From Macrostomum lignano (Eukaryota): 64,000 bases of DNA. Shown here in pieces: positions 1-16,100 of this stretch. A program made the position numbers and the translations under genes. How positions within the stretch are numbered: the stretch's first letter is position 1; each line of letters begins with the position of its first letter. The notes beneath the pieces were generated by a model. That model worked only from the letters and a program-made list of their open reading frames with translations. It ran no database searches and was not told the origin of the DNA. Location of the stretch: NCBI GenBank assembly GCA_002269645.1, contig NIVC01001747.1:151489-215488 (forward strand). Reading direction: 5' to 3'.

Positions 1-2975
1 GGCAGACAGGCAGACAGGCAGACAGAGAGACAGCCAGACAGGGAGACAGGGAGACAGGGAGACACGGAGACAGGGAGACAGGCAGACAGGGAGACAGGCA
101 GACAGGGAGACAGGCAGACAGGGAGACAGGCAGACAGGGAGACACGGAGACAGGGAGACAGGCAGACAGGGAGACAGGCAGACAGGGAGACAGGGAGACA
201 GGGAGTCACGGAGACAGGGAGCCAGGCAGACAGGGAGACAGGCAGACAGGGAGTCACGGAGACAGGGAGACAGGCAGACAGGGAGTCACGGAGACAGGGA
301 GACAGGCAGACAGGGAGACACGGAGACAGGGAGACAGGCAGACAGGGAGACAGGCAGACAGGGAGTCACGGAGACAGGGAGACAGGCAGACAGGGAGACA
401 GCCAGACAGGGAGACAGGGAGAGAGGGAGACAGGGAGAGAGGGAGACAGGGAGACAGGGAGACAGGCAGACAGGGAGACAGGGAGACAGGCAGACAGGGA
501 GACATGGAGACAGGGAGAGAGAGAGAGACAGGCAGACAGGGAGACAGGGAAATAGGGAGACAGGCAGACAGGCAGACAGGCAGACAGGCAGACAGAGAGA
601 CAGCCAGACAGGGAGACAGGGAGACAGGGAGACACGGAGACAGGGAGACAGGCAGACAGGGAGACAGGCAGACAGGGAGACACGGAGACAGGGAGACAGG
701 CAGACAGGGAGACACGGAGACAGGGAGACAGGCAGACAGGGAGACAGGGAGACAGGGAGTCACGGAGACAGGGAGCCAGGCAGACAGGGAGACAGGCAGA
801 CAGGGAGTCACGGAGACAGGGAGACAGGCAGACAGGGAGACAGGCAGACAGGGAGACACGGAGACAGGGAGACAGGCAGACAGGGAGACACGGAGACAGG
901 GAGACAGGGAGACAGGGAGACAGGGAGACACGGAGACAGGGAGACAGGGAGACAGGGAGACAGGCAGACAGGGAGACAAGGAGACAGGGAGACAGGCAGA
1001 CAGGCAGACAGGGAGACAGGCAGACAGGGAGACAGGCAGACAGGGAGACAGGCAGACAGGGAGACACGGAGACAAGGAGACAGGCAGACACGGAGACAGG
1101 GAGACAGGGAGACAGGGAGACAGGGAGACAGGGAGACACGGAGACAGGGAGACAGGGAGACAGGGAGACAGGGAGACAGGGAGACAGGGAGACAGGCAGA
1201 CAGGGAGACAGGCAGACAGGCAGACAGGGAGACAGGGAGACAGGCAGACAGGGAGACATGGAGACAGGGAGACAGGCAGACAGGGAGACAGGCAGACAGG
1301 GAGTCACGGAGACAGGGAGACAGGCAGACAGGGAGACAGGCAGACAGGGAGACACGGAGACAGGGAGACAGGCAGACAGGGAGACACGGAGACAGGGAGA
1401 CAGGGAGACAGGGAGACAGGGAGACACGGAGACAGGGAGACAGGGAGACAGGGAGACAGGCAGACAGGGAGACAAGGAGACAGGGAGACAGGCAGACAGG
1501 CAGACTGGGAGACAGGCAGACAGGGAGACAGGCAGACAGGGAGACAGGCAGACAGGGAGACACGGAGACAAGGAGACAGGCAGACACGGAGACAGGGAGA
1601 CAGGGAGACAGGGAGACAGGGAGACAGGGAGACACGGAAACAGGGAGACAGGGAGACAGGCAGACAGGGAGACAGGGAGACAGGGAGACAGGGAGACAGG
1701 CAGACAGGGAGACAGGCAGACAGGCAGACAGGGAGACAGGGAGACAGGCAGACAGGGAGACATGGAGACAGGGAGACAGGCAGACAGGGAGTCAGGGAGA
1801 CAAGGAGACAGGGAGACAGGGAGACAGGGAGACAGGCAGACAGGCAGACAGAGAGACAGCCAGACAGGGAGACAGGGAGACAGGGAGACAGGCAGACAGG
1901 CAGACAGGCAGACAGGGAGACAGCCAGACAGGGAGACAGGGAGACAGCCAGACAGGGAGACAGGGAGACAGGAAGACAGGGAGACAGGCAGACAGGGAGA
2001 CAGGGAGACAGGCAGACAGGGAGACAGGCAGACAGGGAGACACGGAGACAGGGAGAGAGAGAGAGACAGGCAGACAGGGAGACAGGGAAATAGGGAGACA
2101 GGACGACAGGCAGACAGGGAGACAGGCAGACAGGGAGACAGGGAGACAGGGAGACACGGAGACAGGGAGACAGCCAGACAGGGAGACAGGGAGACAGGGA
2201 GACACGGAGACAGGGAGACAGGCAGACAGGGAGACAGGCAGACAGGGAGACACGGAGACAGGGAGACAGGCAGACAGGGAGACACGGAGACAGGGAGACA
2301 GGCAGACAGGGAGACAGGCAGACAGGGAGACACGGAGACAGGGAGACACGGAGACAGGGAGACAGGCAGACAGGGAGACAGCCAGACAGGGAGACACGGA
2401 GACAGGGAGACAGGCAGACAGGGAGACAGGCAGACAGGGAGACACGGAGACAGGGAGACAGGCAGACAGGGAGACACGGAGACAAGGAGACAGGCAGACA
2501 TGGAGACAGGGAGACAGGGAGACAGGGAGACACGGAGACAAGGAGACAGGCAGACAGGGAGACAAGGAGACAGAGAGACAGGCAGACAGGGAGACAGGGA
2601 GACAGGGAGAGAAGGGAGACAGGCAGACAGGGAGACAGGCAGACAGGGAGACACGGAGACAAGGAGACAGGCAGACACGGAGACAGGGAGACAGGGAGAC
2701 AGGGAGACAGGCAGACAGGGAGACACGGAGACAGGGAGACAGGTAGACAGGGAGACACGGAGACAGGCAGACAGGGAGACACGGAGACAGGGAGACAGGC
2801 AGACAGGGAGACAGGGAGACACGGAGACAGGCAGACAGGCAGACAGGGAGACACGGAGGCAGGGAGACAGGCAGACAGGGAGACACGGAGACAAGGAGAC
2901 AGGCAGACAGGGAGACATGGAGACAGAGAGACAGGGAGACAGGGAGACAGGGAGACAGGGAGACAGGGAGAGAAG
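1..2975. repeat. 8-bp minisatellite (GACAGGGA / GACAGGCA / GACACGGA variants), runs off the left edge
   Basis: Direct reading; a block carrying GAGAGAGAGA...GGAAATAGG recurs at ~520-556 and ~2055-2094 (spacing ~1.54 kb). Confidence 0.97.
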
Positions 2976-4189
2976 GGAGATTTGTAACCTTAAATCCTAG
3001 GTAAGCCCCAATAAGGTTACCGGTAACATTAAGCTAGGACACTGCTAACATGATAATTCTACAATCAGAAACGCGAACTCAACAACAGGCGCACCCCAGC
3101 AGTTGCCTTAAAAGGAGCTGCTAACGAGAATTATGAAGACTCTTGTCAGAGCTTTGCGCGAAACACTGAGAGGGCCGGTGGGGCGGTGTGACTGAGAGCA
3201 AAGAGCCAAGCAGATTATAACAAAGATACAGGGCAGACTGTTGTCGCCAGCCGCTCCCAGCCAAGAAAACTTGCTTAGCCTTACAGCATGAAGCCTCAAA
3301 GGACTGTAACTGACTAACTGACTTGATCAGCTTTCAACAGCTTTTTTGATACAGTTTCTGTGAAAAAGCAGACTCTGTACATAAAAGTACATATTAGGGC
3401 CACCTGCCATGTTGCCAAATTTCATTAGTAAAATTGTTATCTGATACTAATTTATATCATTAGTGAAAACAAATATTAAAGTAAAATCTCTTTTAGTAAA
3501 ATTAAACAAAACTAAAGTGAATCGATAGAATCGTTCGAAAGGTCGCGAGCTCGAGTCCCGATTGAGACTAATAATCTTTTCCGAGTTACAAAGACACCCC
3601 AAAAAGGTGGCAGAAACTGTCAAGTTTTATTCCCAGTAACACACTTTTAGTATTGTTTGAAATTTACCTCATCACTTACTTGAAATTTAGTAGAATTTTT
3701 ACCGTACGATATGTATCGAAAAGACGCTTCCGTAATGGGAAAAAAGTATGCGTAGACATTATATCTAGCTAGTGAATAACCAAGGAGCGTCCTAATTGTG
3801 ACCGCAGTTACATCTAAATGCTTTCACGGCTCTTCTTAATGTACTCATCGATTTTTTTATTCAAAATCCCAAAGGAATTCCAAATTTTTTTGGCTGGAAC
3901 TTCTTCTGTCCTGGTGCCTCGATAATTAGGGCGCACGCACTCGGGCCGGGTCTGCAGGAGTTTCCTCAGCGCCCCGAATCCGCTCAACCGCAACGGCTTT
4001 TTTCAAGGTTCTCCGAAGCCTCTCCAGCGATTTTAAGTCCATCAGTGGGACAGAGAAATCTCCCATCTTTTTTTAATATCCACTACCGCCTCCATTATAT
4101 TCCATGAGCGGTGCTTCTTCTAGGTAGGAGAAATTTCTATTTCATATAATTTACCCGCTCGAGTGAATAGAAGTACAGAATAGAAAGTC

Positions 4190-7100
4190 AAATCAGATTA
4201 CCCAAGATAGATATACTCAAGATAGAATTATCCAAGATAGAATCACCCAAGATAGAATCATCTAAGATAGCATCACCCATAATAGAATCACCCAAGATAG
4301 AATCACCCAAGATAGAATCATCTAAGATAGCATCACCCAAAATATAATCATCTAAGACAGAATCACCACAGATAGAATCACCAGAGATAGAATCACCAGA
4401 GATAGAATCACCCAAGATAGAATCACCCATAATAGAATCACCCAAGATAGAATCACCCAAGATAGCATCACCCATAATAGAATCACCCAAGATAGAATCA
4501 CCCAAGATAGAATCATCTAAGATAGCATCACCCAAAATATAATCATCTAAGACAGAATCACCACAGATAGAATCACCACAGATAGAATCACCAGAGATAG
4601 AATCACCCAAGATAGAATCACCCATAATAGAATCACCCAAGATAGAATCACCCAAGATAGCATCACCCAAGATAGAATCATCTAAGATAGCATCACCCAA
4701 AATATAATCATCTAAGACAGAATCACCACAGATAGAATCACCACAGATAGAATCACCAGAGATAGAATCACCCAAGATAGAATCACCCATAATAGAATCA
4801 CCCAAGATAGAATCACCCAAGATAGCATCACCCATAATAGAATCACCCAAGATAGAATCACCCAAGATAGAATCACCCAAGATAGAATCACCCATAATAG
4901 AATCACCCAAGATAGAATCACCCATAATAGAATCACCCAAGATAGAATCACCCAAGATAGGATCACCCAAAATAGGATCACCCAAGATAGAATCGCCCAA
5001 GATAGAATCACCCAAAATAGAATCACCCAAGATAGAATCACCCAAGATAGAATCATCTAAGATAGCATCACCCATAATAGAATCACCCAAGATAGAATCA
5101 TCCAAGATAGGATCACCCAAGATAGAATCACCCAAGATAGAATCACCCAAGATAGAATCACCCATAATAGAATCACCCAAGATAGGATCACCCAAGATAG
5201 AATCATCTAAGATAGCATCACCCAAAATATAATCATCTAAGACAGAATCACGACAGATAGAATCACCACAGATGAATCACCAGAGATAGAATCACCCAAG
5301 ATAGAATCACCCATAATAGAATCACCCAAGATAGGATCACCCAAGATAGAATCATCTAAGATAGCATCACCTAAAATATAATCATCTAAGACAGAATCAC
5401 CACAGATAGAATCACCACAGATAGAATCACCAGAGATAGAATCACTCAAAATAGCATCACCCATAATAGAATCACCCAAGATAGAATCACCCAAGATAGA
5501 ATCACCCAAGATAGCATCACCCAAGATAGAATCACCCAAGATAGAATCACCCAAGATAGAATCACCCAAGATAGAATCATCTAAGATAGCATCACCCAAG
5601 ATGGAATCATCTAAGATAGCATCACCCAAAATATAATCATCTAAGACAGAATCACCACAGATAGAATCACCACAGATAGAATCACCACAGATAGAATCAC
5701 CCATAATAGAATCACCCAAGATAGAATCACCCAAGATAGAATCACCCAAGATAGAATCACCCAAGATAGAATCACCCAAGATAGAATCACCCAAGATAGA
5801 ATCACCCAAGATAGAATCATCTAAGATAGCATCACCCAAGATAGAATCATCTAAGATAGAATCACCCAAAATATAATCATCTAAGACAGAATCACCACAG
5901 ATAGAATCACCACAGATAGAATCACCACAGATAGAATCACCCAAGATAGAATCACCCACAATAGAATTACCCAAGATAGAATCACCCAAGATAGAATCAC
6001 CCAAGATAGAATCACCCATAATAGAAACACCCAAGATAGAATCATCTAAGATAGCATCACCCAAAATATAATCATCTAAGACAGAATCACCACAGATAGA
6101 ATCACCACAGATAGAATTACCACAGATAGAATCACCCAAAATAGAATCACCCAAGATAGAATCACTCAAGATAGAATCACCCATAATAGAACAACCCAAG
6201 ATAGAATCACCCAAGATAGGATCACCCAAGATAGGATCACCCAAGATAGAATCACCCAAGATAGAATCACCCAAGATAGAATCACCCAAGATAGAATCAC
6301 CCAAGATAGCATCACCCAAGATAGTATCACCCAAGATAGAATCACCCAAGATAGAATCACCCAAGATAGAATCATCTAAGATAGCATCACCCAAGATGGA
6401 ATCATCTAAGATAGCATCACCCAAAAAATAATCATCTAAGACAGAATCACCACAGATAGAATCACCACAGATAGAATCACCAGAGATAGAATCACCCAAG
6501 ATAGCATCACCCATAATAGAATCACCCAAGATAGAATCACCCAAGATAGAATCACCCAAGATAGAATCACCCAAGATAGAATCACCCAAGATAGAATCAT
6601 CTAAGATAGCATCACCCAAGATAGAATCATCTAAGATAGCATCACCTAAAATATAATCATCTAATTCAGAATCACCACAGATAGAATCACCACAGATAGA
6701 ATCACCACAGATAGAATCACCCAAGATAGAATCACCCATAATAGAATCACCCAAGATAGAATCACCCAAGATAGAATCACCCAAGATAGAATTACCCATA
6801 ATAGAATCACCCAAGATAGAATCACCCAAGATAGAATCACCCAAGATAGAATCACCCAAGATAGAATCACCCAAGATAGAATCATCTAAGATAGCATCAC
6901 CCAAAATATAATCATCTAAGACAGAATCACCACAGATAGAATCACCAGAGATAGAATCACCAGAGATAGAATCACCCAAGATAGAATCACCCATAATAGA
7001 ATCACCCAAGATAGAATCACCCAAGATAGCATCACCCATAATGAAATCACCCAAGATAGAATCACCCAAGATAGAATCATCTAAGATAGCATCACCCAAA

Positions 7101-10100
7101 ATATAATCATCTAAGATAGAATCACCACAGATAGAATCACCACAGATAGAATCACCAGAGATAGAATCACCCAAGATAGAATCACCCATAATAGAATCAC
7201 CCAAGATAGAATCACCCAAGATAGCATCACCCATAATAGAATCACCCAAGATAGCATCACCCAAGATAGAATCATCTAAGATAGCATCACCCAAAATATA
7301 ATCATCTAAGACAGAATCACCACAGATAGATTCACCACAGATAGAATCACCAGAGATAGAATCACCCAAGATAGAATCACCCATAATAGAATCACCCAAG
7401 ATAGAATCACCCAAGATAGCATCACCCATAATAGAATCACCCAAGATAGAATCACCCAAGATAGAATCACCCAAGATAGAATCACCCATAATAGAATCAC
7501 CCAAGATAGAATCACCCATAATAGAATCACCCAAGATAGGATCACCCAAGATAGGATCACCCAAGATAGAATCGCCCAAGATAGAATCACCCAAAATAGA
7601 ATCACCCAAGATAGAATCACCCAAGATAGAATCATCTAAGATAGCATCACCCATAATAGAATCACCCAAGATAGAATCATCCAAGATAGGATCACCCAAG
7701 ATAGAATCACCCAAGATAGAATCACCCAAGATAGAATCACCCATAACAGAATCACCCAAGATAGGATCACCCAAGATAGAATCATCTAAGATAGCATCAC
7801 CCAAAATATAATCATCTAAGACAGAATCACCACAGATAGAATCACCACAGATGAATAACCAGAGATAGAATCACCCAAGATAGAATCACCCATAATAGAA
7901 TCACCCAAGATAGGATCACCCAAGATAGAATCATCTAAGATAGCATCACCTAAAATATAATCATCTAATTCAGAATCACCACAGATAGAATCACCACAGA
8001 TAGAATCACCAGAGATAGAATCACTCAAAATAGCATCACCCATAATAGAATCACCCAAGATAGAATCACCCAAGATAGAATCACCCAAGATAGCATCACC
8101 CAAGATAGAATCACCCAAGATAGAATCACCCAAGATAGAATCACCCAAGATAGAATCATCTAAGATAGCATCACCCAAGATGGAATCATCTAAGATAGCA
8201 TCACCCAAAATATAATCATCTAAGACAGAATCACCACAGATAGAATCACCACAGATAGAATCACCAGAGATAGAATCACCCAAGATAGCATCACCCATAA
8301 TAGAATCACCCAAGATAGAATCACCCAAGATAGAATCACCCAAGATAGAATCACCCAAGATAGAATCACCCAAGATAGGATCACCCAAGATAGAATCACC
8401 CAAGATAGAATCACCCAAGATAGAATCATCTAAGATAGCATCACCCAAGATAGAATCATCTAAGATAGAATCACCCAAAATATAATCATCTAAGACAGAA
8501 TCACCACAGATAGAATCACCACAGATAGAATCACCCATAATAGAATTACCCAAGATAGAATCACCCAAGATAGAATCACCCAAGATAGAATCATCTAAGA
8601 TAGCATCACCCAAGATGGAATCATCTAAGATAGCATCACCCAAAATATAATCATCTAAGACAGAATCACCACAGATAGAATCACCACAGATAGAATTACC
8701 ACAGATAGAATCACCCAAGATAGAATCACCCAAGATAGAATCACTCAAGATAGAATCACCCATAATAGAACAACCCAAGATAGAATCACCCAAAATAGAT
8801 CACCCAAGATAGATCACCCAAGATAGAATCACCCAAGATAGAATCACCCAAGATAGAATCACCCAAGATAGAATCACCCATAATAGAATCACCCAAGATA
8901 GGATCACCCAAGATAGAATCATCTAAGATAGCATCACCCAAAATATAATCATCTAAGACAGAATCACCACAGATAGAATCACCACAGATAGAATCACCAG
9001 AGATAGAATCACCCAAGATAGCATCACCCATAATAGAATCACCCAAGATAGAATCACCCAAGATAGAATCACCCAAGATAGAATCACCCAAGATAGAATC
9101 ACCCAAGATAGAATCATCTAAGATAGCATCACCCAAGATAGAATCATCTAAGATAGCATCACCCAAAATATAATCATCTAAGACAGAATCACCACAGATA
9201 GAATCACCCAAGATAGAATCACCACAGATAGAATCACCCAAGATAGAATCACCCAAGATAGAATCACCCAAGATAGAATTACCCATAATAGAATCACCCA
9301 AGATAGAATCACCCAAGATAGAATACCCATAATAGAATCACCCAAGATAGAATCACCCAAGATAGAATCACCCAAGATAGCATCACCCAAGATAGAATCA
9401 CCCAAGATAGCATCACCCAAGATAGAATCACCCAAGATAGAATCACCCAAGATAGAATCACCCAAGATAGAATCATCTAAGATAGCATCACCCAAGATGG
9501 AATCATCTAAGATAGCATCACCCAAAATATAATCATCTAAGACAGAATCACCACAGATAGAATCACCACAGATAGAATCACCACAGATAGAATCACCCAT
9601 AATAGAATCACCCAAGATAGAATCACCCAAGATAGAATCACCCAAGATAGAATCACCCAAGATAGAATCACCCAAGATAGAATCACCCAAGATAGAATCA
9701 CCCAAGATAGAATCATCTAAGATAGCATCACCCAAGATAGAATCATCTAAGATAGAATCACCCAAAATATAATCATCTAAGACAGAATCACCACAGATAG
9801 AATCACCACAGATAGAATCACCACAGATAGAATCACCCAAGATAGAATCACCCATAATAGAATTACCCAAGATAGAATCACCCAAGATAGAATCACCCAA
9901 GATAGAATCACCCATAATAGAAACACCCAAGATAGAATCATCTAAGATAGCATCACCCAAAATATAATCATCTAAGACAGAATCACCACAGATAGAATCA
10001 CCACAGATAGAATTACCACAGATAGAATCACCCAAGATAGAATCACCCAAGATAGAATCACTCAAGATAGAATCACCCATAATAGAACAACCCAAGATAG

Positions 10101-13100
10101 AATCACCCAAGATAGATCACCCAAGATAGATCACCCAAGATAGAATCACCCAAGATAGAATCACCCAAGATAGAATCACCCAAGATAGAATCACCCAAGA
10201 TAGATCACCCAAGATAGTATCACCCAAGATAGAATCACCCAAGATAGAATCACCCAAGATAGAATCATCTAAGATAGCATCACCCAAGATGGAATCATCT
10301 AAGATAGCATCACCCAAAATATAATCATCTAAGACAGAATCACCACAGATAGAATCACCACAGATAGAATCACCAGAGATAGAATCACCCAAGATAGCAT
10401 CACCCATAATAGAATCACCCAAGATAGAATCACCCAAGATAGAATCACCCAAGATAGAATCACCCAAGATAGAATCATCTAAGATAGCATCACCCAAGAT
10501 AGAATCATCTAAGATAGCATCACCCAAAATATAATCATCTAATTCAGAATCACCACAGATAGAATCACCACAGATAGAATCACCACAGATAGAATCACCC
10601 AAGATAGAATCACCCATAATAGAATCACCCAAGATAGAATCACCCAAGATAGAATCACCCAAGATAGAATTACCCATAATAGAATCACCCAAGATAGAAT
10701 CACCCAAGATAGAATCACCCAAGATAGAATCACCCAAGATAGAATCACCCAAGATAGAATCATCTAAGATAGCATCACCCAAAATATAATCATCTAAGAC
10801 AGAATCACCACAGATAGAATCACCAGAGATAGAATCACCAGAGATAGAATCACCCAAGATAGAATCACCCATAATAGAATCACCCAAGATAGAATCACCC
10901 AAGATAGCATCACCCATAATGAATCACCCAAGATAGAATCACCCAAGATAGAATCATCTAAGATAGCATCACCCAAAATATAATCATCTAAGATAGAATC
11001 ACCACAGATAGAATCACCACAGATAGAATCACCAGAGATAGAATCACCCAAGATAGAATCACCCATAATAGAATCACCCAAGATAGAATCACCCAAGATA
11101 GCATCACCCATAATAGAATCACCCAAGATAGCATCACCCAAGATAGAATCATCTAAGATAGCATCACCCAAAATATAATCATCTAAGACAGAATCACCAC
11201 AGATAGATTCACCACAGATAGAATCACCAGAGATAGAATCACCCAAGATAGAATCACCCATAATAGAATCACCCAAGATAGAATCACCCAAGATAGCATC
11301 ACCCATAATAGAATCACCCAAGATAGAATCACCCAAGATAGAATCACCCAAGATAGAATCACCCATAATAGAATCACCCAAGATAGAATCACCCATAATA
11401 GAATCACCCAAGATAGAATCACCCAAGATAGGATCACCCAAGATAGATCACCCAAGATAGAATCGCCCAAGATAGAATCACCCAAAATAGAATCACCCAA
11501 GATAGAATCACCCAAGATAGAATCATCTAAGATAGCATCACCCATAATAGAATCACCCAAGATAGAATCATCCAAGATAGGATCACCCAAGATAGAATCA
11601 CCCAAGATAGAATCACCCAAGATAGAATCACCCATAACAGAATCACCCAAGATAGGATCACCCAAGATAGAATCATCTAAGATAGCATCACCCAAAATAT
11701 AATCATCTAAGACAGAATCACCACAGATAGAATCACCACAGATGAATAACCAGAGATAGAATCACCCAAGATAGAATCACCCATAATAGAATCACCCAAG
11801 ATAGGATCACCCAAGATAGAATCATCTAAGATAGCATCACCTAAAATATAATCATCTAATTCAGAATCACCACAGATAGAATCACCACAGATAGAATCAC
11901 CAGAGATAGAATCACTCAAATAGCATCACCCATAATAGAATCACCCAAGATAGAATCACCCAAGATAGAATCACCCAAGATAGCATCACCCAAGATAGAA
12001 TCACCCAAGATAGAATCACCCAAGATAGAATCACCCAAGATAGAATCATCTAAGATAGCATCACCCAAGATGGAATCATCTAAGATAGCATCACCCAAAA
12101 TATAATCATCTAAGACAGAATCACCACAGATAGAATCACCACAGATAGAATCACCAGAGATAGAATCACCCAAGATAGCATCACCCATAATAGAATCACC
12201 CAAGATAGAATCACCCAAGATAGAATCACCCAAGATAGAATCACCCAAGATAGAATCACCCAAGATAGGATCACCCAAGATAGAATCACCCAAGATAGAA
12301 TCACCCAAGATAGAATCATCTAAGATAGCATCACCCAAGATAGAATCATCTAAGATAGAATCACCCAAAATATAATCATCTAAGACAGAATCACCACAGA
12401 TAGAATCACCACAGATAGAATCACCCATAATAGAATTACCCAAGATAGAATCACCCAAGATAGAATCACCCAAGATAGAATCATCTAAGATAGCATCACC
12501 CAAGATGGAATCATCTAAGATAGCATCACCCAAAATATAATCATCTAAGACAGAATCACCACAGATAGAATCACCACAGATAGAATTACCACAGATAGAA
12601 TCACCCAAGATAGAATCACCCAAGATAGAATCACTCAAGATAGAATCACCCATAATAGAACAACCCAAGATAGAATCACCCAAATAGGATCACCCAAGAT
12701 AGGATCACCCAAGATAGAATCACCCAAGATAGAATCACCCAAGATAGAATCACCCAAGATAGAATCACCCATAATAGAATCACCCAAGATAGATCACCCA
12801 AGATAGAATCATCTAAGATAGCATCACCCAAAATATAATCATCTAAGACAGAATCACCACAGATAGAATCACCACAGATAGAATCACCAGAGATAGAATC
12901 ACCCAAGATAGCATCACCCATAATAGAATCACCCAAGATAGAATCACCCAAGATAGAATCACCCAAGATAGAATCACCCAAGATAGAATCACCCAAGATA
13001 GAATCATCTAAGATAGCATCACCCAAGATAGAATCATCTAAGATAGCATCACCCAAAATATAATCATCTAAGACAGAATCACCACAGATAGAATCACCCA

Positions 13101-16100
13101 AGATAGAATCACCACAGATAGAATCACCCAAGATAGAATCACCCAAGATAGAATCACCCAAGATAGAATTACCCATAATAGAATCACCCAAGATAGAATC
13201 ACCCAAGATAGAATTACCCATAATAGAATCACCCAAGATAGAATCACCCAAGATAGAATCACCCAAGATAGCATCACCCAAGATAGAATCACCCAAGATA
13301 GCATCACCCAAGATAGAATCACCCAAGATAGAATCACCCAAGATAGAATCACCCAAGATAGAATCATCTAAGATAGCATCACCCAAGATGGAATCATCTA
13401 AGATAGCATCACCCAAAATATAATCATCTAAGACAGAATCACCACAGATAGAATCACCACAGATAGAATTACCACAGATAGAATCACCAGAGATAGAATC
13501 ACCCAAGATAGCATCACCCATAATAGAATCACCCAAGATAGAATCACCCAAGATAGAATCACCCAAGATAGAATCACCCAAGATAGAATCATCTAAGATA
13601 GCATCACCCAAGATAGAATCATCTAAGATAGCATCACCCAAAATATAATCATCTAATTCAGAATCACCACAGATAGAATCACCACAGATAGAATCACCAC
13701 AGATAGAATCACCCAAGATAGAATCACCCATAATAGAATCACCCAAGATAGAATCACCCAAGATAGAATCACCCAAGATAGAATTACCCATAATAGAATC
13801 ACCCAAGATAGAATCACCCAAGATAGAATCACCCAAGATAGAATTACCCATAATAGAATCACCACAGATAGAATCACCACAGATAGAATCACCCATAATA
13901 GAATCACCCAAGATAGAATCACCCAAGATAGAATCACCCAAGATAGAATCACCCAAGATAGAATCACCCAAGATAGAATCACCCAAGATAGAATCACCCA
14001 AGATAGAATCATCTAAGATAGCATCACCCAAGATAGAATCATCTAAGATAGAATCACCCAAAATATAATCATCTAAGACAGAATCACCACAGATAGAATC
14101 ACCACAGATAGAATCACCACAGATAGAATCACCCAAGATAGAATCACCCATAATAGATAGAATCACCCAAGATAGAATCACCCAAGATAGAATCACCCAT
14201 AATAGAAACACCCAAGATAGAATCACCCAAATATAATCATCTAAGACAGAATCACCACAGATAGAATCACCACAGATAGAATCACCACAGATAGAATCAC
14301 CCAAGATAGAATCACCCAAGATAGAATCACTCAAGATAGAATCACCCATAATAGAACAACCCAAGATAGAATCACCCAAGATAGGATCACCCAAGATAGG
14401 ATCACCCAAGATAGAATCACCCAAGATAGAATCACCCAAGATAGAATCACCCAAGATAGAATCACCCAAGATAGCATCACCCAAGATAGTATCACCCAAG
14501 ATAGAATCACCCAAGATAGAATCACCCAAGATAGAATCATCTAAGATAGCATCACCCAAGATGGAATCATCTAAGATAGCATCACCCAAAATATAATCAT
14601 CTAAGACAGAATCACCACAGATAGAATCACCACAGATAGAATCACCAGAGATAGAATCACCCAAGATAGCATCACCCATAATAGAATCACCCAAGATAGA
14701 ATCACCCAAGATAGAATCACCCAAGATAGAATCACCCAAGATAGAATCATCTAAGATAGCATCACCCAAGATAGAATCATCTAAGATAGCATCACCCAAA
14801 ATATAATCATCTAATTCAGAATCACCACAGATAGAATCACCACAGATAGAATCACCACAGATAGAATCACCCAAGATAGAATCACCCATAATAGAATCAC
14901 CCAAGATAGAATCACCCAAGATAGAATCACCCAAGATAGAATTACCCATAATAGAATCACCCAAGATAGAATCACCCAAGATAGAATCACCCAAGATAGA
15001 ATCACCCAAGATAGAATCACCCAAGATAGAATCATCTAAGATAGCATCACCCAAAATATAATCATCTAAGACAGAATCACCACAGATAGAATCACCAGAG
15101 ATAGAATCACCAGAGATAGAATCACCCAAGATAGAATCACCCATAATAGAATCACCCAAGATAGAATCACCCAAGATAGCATCACCCATAATGAAATCAC
15201 CCAAGATAGAATCACCCAAGATAGAATCATCTAAGATAGCATCACCCAAAATATAATCATCTAAGATAGAATCACCACAGATAGAATCACCACAGATAGA
15301 ATCACCAGAGATAGAATCACCCAAGATAGAATCACCCATAATAGAATCACCCAAGATAGAATCACCCAAGATAGCATCACCCATAATAGAATCACCCAAG
15401 ATAGCATCACCCAAGATAGAATCATCTAAGATAGCATCACCCAAAATATAATCATCTAAGACAGAATCACCACAGATAGATTCACCACAGATAGAATCAC
15501 CAGAGATAGAATCACCCAAGATAGAATCACCCATAATAGAATCACCCAAGATAGAATCACCCAAGATAGCATCACCCATAATAGAATCACCCAAGATAGA
15601 ATCACCCAAGATAGAATTACCCAAGATAGAATCACCCATAATAGAATCACCCAAGATAGAATCACCCATAATAGAATCACCCAAGATAGAATCACCCAAG
15701 ATAGGATCACCCAAGATAGGATCACCCAAGATAGAATCGCCCAAGATAGAATCACCCAAAATAGAATCACCCAAGATAGAATCACCCAAGATAGAATCAT
15801 CTAAGATAGCATCACCCATAATAGAATCACCCAAGATAGAATCATCCAAGATAGGATCACCCAAGATAGAATCACCCAAGATAGAATCACCCAAGATAGA
15901 ATCACCCATAACAGAATCACCCAAGATAGGATCACCCAAGATAGAATCATCTAAGATAGCATCACCCAAAATATAATCATCTAAGACAGAATCACCACAG
16001 ATAGAATCACCACAGATGAATAACCAGAGATAGAATCACCCAAGATAGAATCACCCATAATAGAATCACCCAAGATAGGATCACCCAAGATAGAATCATC

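Noticed and set aside
254-3000. Long ORFs (SPCLPVSL / ETGRQGDR repeats)
   Set aside because: They are translations of an 8-bp minisatellite and are open in several frames on both strands
3108-3299. 63-aa hydrophobic ORF as a possible transmembrane exon of the receptor gene
   Set aside because: No convincing splice sites and no juxtamembrane or kinase-homology motifs; starts with TTG
3900-4100. GC-richer segment with protein-like minus-strand translation (MDLKSLERLRRTLKKAV...)
   Set aside because: Short, frame broken at a poly-A run, and no recognisable family
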